DNA of 62,805 nt, the filler included, from Craspedostauros australis (Eukaryota): assembly GCA_030167865.1 (NCBI GenBank). It is 7 parts of 7 records of this genome, joined end to end, with 100 filler letters (N's around TTAATTAATTAA, not from the genome) between each part and the next. Parts side by side here need not be neighbours in the genome. Positions count along the whole stretch, not along the records: positions 1 to 19,990 come from JALAGF010004142.1; 6 more parts are not named here. One strand, 5' to 3'. Both the position numbers and the translations under genes were made by a program. Below are positions 10,745-20,090 of the stretch, in pieces. The notes below the pieces were generated by a model. The model searched no databases. It had not been told where the DNA came from and saw nothing but the letters and a program-made list of their open reading frames with translations. The first letter of the stretch is position 1. Each line of letters starts with the position of its first letter.

Positions 10745-13691
10745 TCAAACTGAATCATAAGTGGCAAGCGAGACAACCCACACCGAGTCTACGCCCCGTT
10801 CCACATCACCACTGATACTTAGTTTGCTTCGTTTGATCTGATTTCTTGTGCACAGAGTTATTGAAACCTCACAGCTTGTGAATTCACGTGACATCGAAAA
10901 CACACAAGCAAAAATTGAGTGAGATTCACTAAATGATCGAAAGCGAACGCATCGAAATAATGTACAATTGCCTTCAAACCAAGAGCTATGGATTGAAGAG
11001 TGCGCTTTAGGAAAATCGCCTGACGGCAACAAATCAGAATATAAGATGTTGTTTCGCACGAACTTTCTTATTGTCTCGAAAATCTGTGTTCGATTCGTGA
11101 AATGATGGACACCAACAACGAATGCGTGGGGCAATTGTTGATCAGTGATAGATCGTGGTCTCGAGAATTCTTCCGGATGATACACGTTTTGGCCGGAACC
11201 AATTATATGATTGTTCACTCTCGACGTCCGACAATCTTATTGTTTCTCTCAATAGGCCTCAACTGAAATCGTGATCCGAGGTTGTAGCTATCATATCTGT
11301 TCATGCAAAATTGTATTCTTGAACCAACACTGCACATAGAATGTTGATGTCGTAACGTAGAGTGCTTGCCATTTTCACGAATTTGCTTCGTCGCCCAATG
11401 TCGGATGGCAAATCATATACAGCGCAAGCAATCGCATCTCACTATTCAACAAGAACGCAAGACCTTTCTCATTGGAAGAACACTTCACAAATTTTGTTTG
11501 CAATTGGATTCACACGGGCTTGATGTGGACCATCTTTCCGCCCTGCGTATTGCAAGACCATGGCTTGCACACAGTTCATTTGAGAATTTCTTTTCTCCAT
11601 TTCAAATCCAGCTCACACAATACCGATGTGGAAAATAGTGTAACTTCCACTTTATCTTGGACACGAAAACAGGTAGGCAGGACATGAATGCTCTCTACTT
11701 GTGAGACCACAAATCCGCTTTGCTGCATCTAAGTCAACCGCCACACGTGCTGGTTTGATTTTGAGAATGTCGACAAGCTGCCTGGAAATTTAACCGTGCA
11801 TTGGCAACTTTCGGTTGAACCGAATGGCATATCTGATTTCTTGGCTGCGTTCACAGGGCCTGGCCAAAGAAATTCGAAGTCTCCTTCGGGATGTAATAAA
11901 TCCTCTTGGATGACAATAAGAATAAAGTAATGTTGGTTCAGTCCAATGAGCAAATTGCATTGCACAATTCTGTTCACAATCTCGGCGAGGTAGTTTCCAG
12001 GCAACCTCAAAACTTGATTCTCGTCATCCGATCCTATCCAATCACCTTGTCGATTGTCGATGGGTAGAGACTTCGAGTGTGGTAGGCGAACGAAGAAAGG
12101 GTACGCCATGATGCAACTGTAGTTCGATACTTGTGCGGGGATCACGCTTTCTTGAGGGTAAACTGAAATGATCAACGAACTCAATGAGAGCAATCGTTGG
12201 CGTACATGAGCGCGCTTTGGATGTACATAGTTTCTTCATAGTGAGGAAGTCAGGGCTTGCGAAGCCTCATGGATGATTGACAAAGAAATTAATATGGCGG
12301 AAGGAGAGCTGTACTCATGACAATCATCGAAACAATGGTTTCCGCGACACCGATGTGGAAAAAGAAACCCATTGTAATTGTGCAAGGCATCCATGCAACA
12401 TGCAAAATGTTGGAAAAGTGATTGCTGTATGTGACTTGCGTATCTGCGTCAAGGGAACAGATGCATTGATTGTCGATCGACTTCAGTGAAGGGAAAAGAA
12501 CATGTTGATTGAATGGGTACGGTTCCATGATTGGAGGCTTCATGATCATTATGTTCCACGATTCACGACATAAGCGAGCCCACGTGCAAGCAAATCAAAT
12601 CAACAACAGGTACGTACCTGCAGCTGGAAAGACCGTAATCCGGTCGAGCGCACAATCGCCATATGAATGCGATAGCGTCTATGAACAAAATGGTGTAGGT
12701 GCAAAAATCTTACTTCGAAACTGTACTGTCGTGGTACCTGACTGGCGGAATATTCTTGTGCTTAAATATGAAGTGGGAAGAACAAAGTGCTGTAACACCA
12801 CTTCTTGACTTGCGTCAAGAAGAGTGAATGATCCCTCCCAAATGAAAAAGTGAGTATCTTGCATTGCGAAGGGCCACTCTAACCGGGAGAGGAGATCCCT
12901 CCGGCCAGGAATATTTGCTAAATCAGTAGCAAAGGCTGGCACGTGGATCGGTTTTCAGCCACTCTGTGAGAAATGAAAAAGAGCGAACCAATTGCGCGGA
13001 AGCAGATCACGTCCAATTCCGGATATTACTTCCTTTGGCAAAATAGCGAATGATGCCAGCGTTGTGCTGTCAACATTGTCGAGACGAACCGCCTTCTACG
13101 TGCACACAGGATTTTCTTTCGTTCCACATCTTGCATGGTCTTTCACTTCTCAAAACCATGGTTCCAAAGATCGTTGAGCATCTCCTTAAGTATGTCTTGT
13201 TTTGGAGCTAACACTTGAATGTGGAAATACCACCTTGGCAAAGTGGAAATGACAGAACGACTAATTCACGCGGAGATACGTTCGGAGTAGCTCTGAATAC
13301 GTTACCGATCGAGTGATCGTGGCGTTGTAGAAAGTGTAATGATAGGATCCACAATATTGGAAGACGACGAGAATGTATGGACGCGATTTCTGCGTGACCT
13401 CACTTTCACTTTGCACGGTTCGAAGTTCCATGTGGCTTGTATCTCTGCTGGTGGACTAGAAAAACGGAATGACCTCGTTTTGCATCCAACAACACTGTGT
13501 CGGAGTTGTGGATTCTGATCCATGGAATGCTTCCAGCCTGTCAAGAAGACCTTGTTGCAACACCATGGAAACTGAATTGAGCTGGAGATTTGGTTGCTGC
13601 TGTCGAAACGCGCAGCTGTGATGATGGCACAATTGTCTAAACTAAATGAAGGGAGGAAGGTGTCACCTACATGCACAAGAGCTGCTGCCAT
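10745..13691 (-). pseudogene. Heavily decayed leucine-rich-repeat (LRR) protein gene
   Basis: Series of minus-strand ORF fragments broken by stops and frameshifts, with LxxLxLxxNxLxGxIP-like remnants: QVLRLPGNYLAEIVNRIVQCNLLIGLN, SVIPAQVSN, SSNQISSSIQ, NNHIIGS...HPEEFSR, YSNHFSNIL. Boundaries approximate. Confidence 0.4.
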
Positions 13692-16678
13692 GTTTTGCTT
13701 GTGACTGAATACAGGTGGTTCCCCATTTCGCCAATTCTAGCGCCTGCAAGAAGGAAAAATTGTTTTCTTGTAGGCAACACGTGTCCTCGACTGCTCGAAG
13801 TTGGTTGCTTCACGATTATTGTTCTTTGGTCAGAAGAATTTCGTGCATAAATGAAGCATTGTGTTATCGACTGAGATGATTCAGAATCTGTATTTTTTCG
13901 AGTTGTTCGGTTTCATGTTGAACTCAGGGAACTTTGTTTGTTCATCGACATCGAGAATTGAGGATCGAGTTGATAGTCGTTTGATGATGTCGTTTGGAAG
14001 AATTGCACCGTAAACACATGACCTTGTCACAGTCGACATACTTGCGTGAACGCCCCACACGTGTGGCTTTTGGAATGCGTATCGTGTCACGCACGTGTCG
14101 CGGTTTACACCTTGATGTTGCTTTTGTGTTCATGCAAAATGTGTTGTCATCAAACTGTGCTGGACAAGTCGCGTGCATAATGCCTTGTCTTCATTTCGAT
14201 GATCACTGTGGCGGAGCGATGCTGTGTGCTCACAATATCCATAGCGGGGCACACAAGATTGGAACCACCAAAGTGACAAACGAGAGCTGACGGAAAGCAG
14301 GACTACCATACGCATGTGCTCTGTCACACCGACCGCGCGCAGGAGAGAACATAATGCTCGCAGAAACCAAAACTCCAGACCATTGCACGATGAAGTTCGT
14401 TACCATTTCCATGGCACTCGCAGCGATGTATGGGTTCTGTGCACGGCCCATCTTTGGTTGGAGGCAAGGGCATCACCCACACGTGGACTGCCACCAAGCC
14501 CAAGACCATGTGCGGCACCGTGGGTCCAGTGACACTCTTTGATTTTGGCATGGCATCTTCGCAGATCGCTGGCATCTTTGGAGAGCGGTCTTCAAGCGGG
14601 AGCAACTATGGAGGATACGACCACAATGGAAGTCAAAGAATATGACGTCATGCCCTCGTCACGCGAAATCACGCAGTTTCGGCATTCAATACGGCGACCA
14701 TACAAGTCGTGGCTTGTTCTCTCTCTCTCTGCTTGTCCATCCTATCTGCGCAGACTGTCAAACCGTACTGGTTTGTATTGTATTGAACCATGGCATGCCA
14801 CAATCTTGAAACAATGATGCTTCGATTGCTTCACACGCACCCATTCTTGAACTGCAATGGCAAATGTCGTCGCCATGTGACACTGTGGAATGCGTTATCA
14901 TGCCCCCAATGCAATTCTTCTTGTTGGGCACGCCATCTTTCTCACTTTCCGCTCCTCCATTCAACCGTACCATACGAAAAATGGAATCCGCACATGGAAA
15001 ATGTGGTGGCTCAACGGCTTGTGTTGACCAAGATGACCCCATCAACTGTCTGGCATTGAGTGCTTGCAGACTGGTTAGAGATGATGTGGAAAGACACCAA
15101 GGTGTTGGTGAAAGGACGGCCAGATAGCTCAAGCACACAGTTCAAGGACCAACCTCCGTTGGGGCTGAGGCAGGCACCTGCCTAGAGGTAGAGCGTGCTG
15201 GGGTCGTGTGGAAGGTCGCTGCAAAGTTTGCAGGTGGTTGGGTCAATGGACCCAACTTCAAGTGTCTTGACAACCTTGTCACCATGTTGTGTGTCAAGAA
15301 GGAAAACGCTATTGTTTGTTGTAGTATCAACAGAAAGCAATCATAGCTGTGTTGTGACAAGCACCCCCTCGACCTGATTACGGTGGTGGTAGGGCTTTTG
15401 GCCTGCAAAGTAGGCATCTGCAGGGTTCCATACGTACATGATGAGAGAGGGGCAGCCACCCATACTCCAAGCGCACAAGGTGGGGTCAGCATTGGTGTTG
15501 CCAACACACTGGCTGATAGAACAAGGAAGAATACAAGGGGAACTTACTGAATGCCGAAGGGTGATCAATCCGTGGTAGTGCATTAGGTGTACGAGTTTGT
15601 GGTGTGATTGCAGGCCTTACTCTTGTAGAGCTGATATGAATCCCAACGAGACTGTTGACTTCATTGAGAGCAGTGTGATGAGCATCATCCATTATAGTTG
15701 GATCTGCATCATCTCTATTAGTAGTAGTATAGTGGAGCGTTGGGTCTCCTACGTGCAATAATCACGGTGCCGATGTAACCATTCGAGAGAGGAGACATCA
15801 ATTTCGTGATGATCGGAGAGAGTGTTTTGTTGTTCACTCTCTTCCGATCGCTTTTGGGGAATGATGTTCATTCAACGGTCTTTTACGAGTATGACAGTAG
15901 TGGATGGAGGCGTGAAACAAGATCGGAGCTTGGACTTTCGTTTCAAACAGAGCGACAGGTTCCACCAGAACCAATGGAAAACGTTGAAACATGATTGGGA
16001 GTCACATCGACTACTTTGACTCCACTGACTGTGGAATTTGTCGGAGAATAACGCTTACAACGCCAAAACGTTTGAAAAGCGAACTCCAAATACAGCTGCT
16101 CGATCGTCTTCGATGGAAGCGGCGAAAGCAGCGAAAGAATTGACCTCTCGCGCTTGTTGTGCTTTGACAGACGTCCAAACAGGCATTGATCTTCTTCGAT
16201 GGTCTTCCTCGTAGTCGTATCAGTCGAAGAATCTCGTTTTCAACGATGTCACAGAAGAGAACTCTGTTGTGGTGCTTCTTTCTTGCTGTCCGTTTGCATC
16301 TTCGTGATGGATGAGAACGGAAGGATCCGAACTCCACGAACCAGAGAGAGGTGCGATCAACAGAAGGTTCCGCCCACGTGAACCAGGGGGGTGCGATCAA
16401 GAGAAGTATCCAAACTCCACGAACCAGAGAGGAAGACCATGCGAACAAGACAACAACACACACCACTCAACCCCATACTCGAGCACATTAACGGCAGACA
16501 TCGAATTGCCACTCATACTCATCACACAGCGTATGGTACTCATACTCATACTCATACAAGCTGTTGCATACACAAACATCGATATCTCTGCCAAGGGTAA
16601 CTCGAGCTACACTCTTCCTCGACAGCCAATCCAACGCCAATCGTCCAACGTCCAACGTCCAGCAACCATCCTCCCGAA

Positions 16679-18124
16679 ATGCCAAATGTTACAGGCAAAC
16701 ACCTCCTTATTGCTGCTGTGAAAGGTGACTTGTCGGTGTTGAAGGAATGGAAGAAGCAGAACAAGACGCAGAATGAAGAAGTTGATGTCAACACGGTTAA
16801 AGATGGCTCTGGTTTCTCTCCCCTTCGTATGGCATGCATGGCCGGCCACCTGGAGTGTGTGAAGTACCTCATCGAATCATGTGGGGCGAACATCACCTGC
16901 AAAGGCGACTGTGGTTTCACTCCCCTTCATGACGCATGCTGCGCCGGCCAGCTGGAGTGTGTGAAGTACCTCATCGAATCATGTAGGGCGAACATCAACT
17001 GCAAAGGCGACTGTGGTTGGACTCCCCTTCATATGGCATGCATGACCGGCAATCTGGAGTGTGTGAAGTACCTCATCGAATCATGCAGAGCTGACATCAA
17101 CCGCAAAGACAGCAATGGTCCCACTCCCCTTCATGTGGCATGCATTTATGGTCAGCTGGAGTGTGTGAAGTACCTCATCGAATCATGCAGGGCTGACATC
17201 AACTGCAAAGACAACGATGGTGACACTCCCCTTCATCACGCATGCTGCAATGGCAGGCTGGAGTGTGTGAAGTACCTCATCGATTCATGCAAGGCTGACA
17301 TCAACTGCAAAAACAACTCTGGTTCCACTCCCCTTCATGAGGCACGCTCCAACGGCTACCTGGAGTGTGTGGAGTACGTTGTTGCATCAGCCAATGCCAA
17401 TAATGACATCCGACGCAACAACAACAAAATCGACATCCAAAGCAACAACAACAAAGTCGACATCCAAAGTAACAACAACAACAACAACATCCAAAGTAAC
17501 AACAACAAAATCGACATCCAAAGCAACAACAACAACACCAACATCCAAAGCAACAACAACAAAGTCGACATCCAAAGAAACAACAACAACACCAACATCC
17601 AAAGTAACAACAACAAAATCGACATCCAAAGTAACAACAACAACACCAAAATCCAAAGTAACAACAACGAAATCAACATCCAAAGTAACAACAGCAACAC
17701 CAACATCCAACGCAACAACAACAAAATTGACATCCAAAGCAACAACAACAAAGTCGACATCCAAAGCAACAACAACAAAATCAACATCCAAAGCAACAAC
17801 AACAACAACAACAACATCCAAAGCAACAACAACAAAATTGACATCCAACACAACAACAACAAAATTGACTTCCAAAGCAACAACAACGAAATCAACATCC
17901 AACACAACAACAACAACAACAACAACATCCAAAGCAACAACAACAATACCAACATCCAACACAACAACAACAACACCAACATCCAAAGCAACAACAACAA
18001 AGTTGACATCCAACACAACAACAACAACACCAACATCCAAAGCAACAATAACAACAACAACATCCAACGCAATTGGTTCTGTTGTTGGCGCTGTTGGAAG
18101 GCTCCACGCACAGAGAATCAGTAG
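16679..18124 (+). CDS. Ankyrin-repeat protein (6 highly similar 34-aa repeats) with Asn-rich 9-aa tandem-repeat tail
   Basis: GxTPLHxACxxGxLECVKYLIESCxAxINxK repeats at 102-bp spacing (16811, 16913, 17015, 17117, 17219, 17321), followed by NNNKIDIQS-type repeats. Confidence 0.88.
   Translation: MPNVTGKHLLIAAVKGDLSVLKEWKKQNKTQNEEVDVNTVKDGSGFSPLRMACMAGHLECVKYLIESCGANITCKGDCGFTPLHDACCAGQLECVKYLIESCRANINCKGDCGWTPLHMACMTGNLECVKYLIESCRADINRKDSNGPTPLHVACIYGQLECVKYLIESCRADINCKDNDGDTPLHHACCNGRLECVKYLIDSCKADINCKNNSGSTPLHEARSNGYLECVEYVVASANANNDIRRNNNKIDIQSNNNKVDIQSNNNNNNIQSNNNKIDIQSNNNNTNIQSNNNKVDIQRNNNNTNIQSNNNKIDIQSNNNNTKIQSNNNEINIQSNNSNTNIQRNNNKIDIQSNNNKVDIQSNNNKINIQSNNNNNNNIQSNNNKIDIQHNNNKIDFQSNNNEINIQHNNNNNNNIQSNNNNTNIQHNNNNTNIQSNNNKVDIQHNNNNTNIQSNNNNNNIQRNWFCCWRCWKAPRTENQ
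17417..18070 (+). repeat. Coding 27-bp minisatellite, 24 units (NNNK[IV]DIQS / NNNNTNIQS)
   Basis: Units counted in the translation. Two units carry one extra Asn. Confidence 0.92.
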
Positions 18125-18554
18125 TTGTAACACTCTTTGGCTGTATGTGTTTCTGTTACTTGTTACTGTAGTTGTTACTGATTGTTGATGAGCGTGCATG
18201 TGGAATGAGATGATCAAGATGCTCCTTGATCCATCTCTTCCTTGCTCTCATTGCTGGTGCAATACTCTTGCACCTCCATGCACATTGCTCTTCTTGTTGC
18301 TTGTTGATGTTGCCTTTGTTGTCGTTGATCTGGTTGTTGTCTTGTTGTCTCATTGTTGTTCCATTCTTGGGTTTTGTTGAATCTGATGATTGATGGAATC
18401 TAATGGATTATTTATAGCATATTTCATTCTCTGTAGACCTGGTAGGTAAGGCCTTGAGATGACATCACATGTGGTGGATACTGTGGTATCTGCTGGTATT
18501 GCGGTATCCTTGTGGTACGAGCTGCAAGTCGCAGTTGATGCACTCACGATAACA
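18092..18554. mobile_element. LTR-like repeat, family B (TGTT...AACA)
   Basis: The first ~85 bp (TGTTGGAAGGCTCC...) recur in direct orientation at 19908-19990. A TATAAATA lies on the minus strand near 18410. No TSD found and the right boundary is inferred. Confidence 0.45.
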
Positions 18555-19840
18555 CTAGTTGTGGAGTGTTTTTTTAGTTTTGCGGGCAATGACTCGTGCT
18601 AAAGTAGACTAAAATAGAGCACACCCAACACCATCCAAACAACTGCTTATGATGCTATGTCTCAACAACACATCGCTTACAATAAAAAAACAGTGTATCC
18701 GGACGCGTGGCTATCAGTGATTCTGAATATCGAAGTTAAATTTGTATGAACTTTATTTTTAATGTCCTTTTGGCTTGCTGTCTGTCATGTGGTGGATTCC
18801 AAAAATTCTCGATGGCACCATGCTGCCCTACCTTCAGCACCCATGATCATCATTATCATCCCTGGCATTTTCACAATCCGCGCACCACACTGGCTCCAGA
18901 TACCCCCCATCTATCCACTCCATGAAGATCCTGCGCAGATAGCCGCATCTCATACTCCAAACTGTCCCTGCACTGAAACGCAGAATTTTCGAACACCGGA
19001 TTCCGACACGGATGCCGTTCGGATTTGGATCCGTATCTCGTCGATATGATCCTTGCAGCTCCTCCACATGCCCCTCATGCGTTCCCACATTCTCTGGCGA
19101 CACACTGATGTGTTCAGAATGGGTGGGGCGCTCATACCTCCAAAGGTACACCTCCATGTGATGATGTCATCATGCTGTTTTTCCGACACCCAAAGAAATC
19201 CCTTTCATGTGCATCCCAGGCTGAAGCCTCTTCCAGACCGTATCCGCGCAGGATACTTCGCCATGGTCATCTTGAGTTGATTCCGAACACATCTCATATG
19301 AGTGGCTTGGTGATTTGGGTGACTTGTGAATGGCACCCATCACCACCAAAGTCACGTGATGTGTCCGCCGCCACCCACCAAAAAACGCTTGCCCTCCACT
19401 TGTTTCTTGCGGAGGGCACCTTCCAGGCCACCTCCGACCCTCAAACTTCGTGGGAGCCTTCATACCATCCTCTTGGATGCGTCTTGCCCATCAATAGTCG
19501 TTGGTATGGCCTGTGCATTCCAGGCAGAGGCCATGTCCAACGAGCAGATTTTCCTCCGAATCGTGTCGTGTGCGCGTGGGCCTGCTACGGTCCCAAATCG
19601 ACCACGATGGCATCCCCCTCTCGCTCATCCACCAAGCTTTACATGGCGGCTCCGCCTATGCGCTCAGATCTTGCACTGGACCGCTGGTTGTTGCAGTGTT
19701 GATGATGCCGTTCGACGGCGCTTGAGGAGTTTTGTTGTGTTTCTCCATTGTCGTGTTGTTGTGTTGTGTTGTGTTTGGTGTTCTCAACCAGTTTTTGCTG
19801 CTGGGGGCCATGGAGATTAACCACAATTCTACCGAATGTG
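18555..19840 (-). repeat. Decayed dispersed repeat R, copy 2 (uninterrupted, inverted relative to copy 1)
   Basis: Reverse complement matches 7560-7704 joined to 8505-9630. Confidence 0.85.
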
Positions 19841-19907
19841 CCAACCAATGAGAACACTTTTCGAGTCCCGGATTGCGCCTCCATTCCACAACAACAAAAC
19901 TATCGTC

Positions 19908-19990
19908 TGTTGGAAGGCTCCGCGCACGGAGAATCGGTAGTAGTCACACTCTTTGTCGAAAGTGTTTCTGTTACTGTTACTGTTGTTGCT
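19908..19990. mobile_element. Second copy of LTR-like family B, truncated by the assembly spacer
   Basis: TGTTGGAAGGCTCCGCGCACGGAGAATCGGTAG here versus TGTTGGAAGGCTCCACGCACAGAGAATCAGTAG at 18092. Confidence 0.6.
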
Positions 19991-20090
19991 NNNNNNNNNN
20001 NNNNNNNNNNNNNNNNNNNNNNNNNNNNNNNNNNTTAATTAATTAANNNNNNNNNNNNNNNNNNNNNNNNNNNNNNNNNNNNNNNNNNNN
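19991..20090. other. Artificial contig spacer N44-TTAATTAATTAA-N44 (also at 51127-51226, 54319-54418, 56665-56764, 58063-58162 and 59449-59548)
   Basis: Identical 100-bp construction six times. TTAATTAATTAA gives stop codons in all six frames. Confidence 0.98.

Noticed and set aside
14100..16000. Many short ORFs on both strands
   Set aside because: No recognisable motif or consistent frame.
16331..16432. Short imperfect repeats (ACTCCACGAACCAGAGAG, GTGCGATCAA) as a CRISPR-like array
   Set aside because: Only two or three degenerate units, no unique spacers or cas genes, and a eukaryotic context.
17337..18217. Poly-Thr, poly-Leu, poly-Val and poly-Cys ORFs
   Set aside because: Alternative frames of the AAC-rich minisatellite.
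20035..20046. TTAATTAATTAA palindromes repeated six times in the window
   Set aside because: Always centred in N44 runs; an artificial six-frame-stop linker, not biology.
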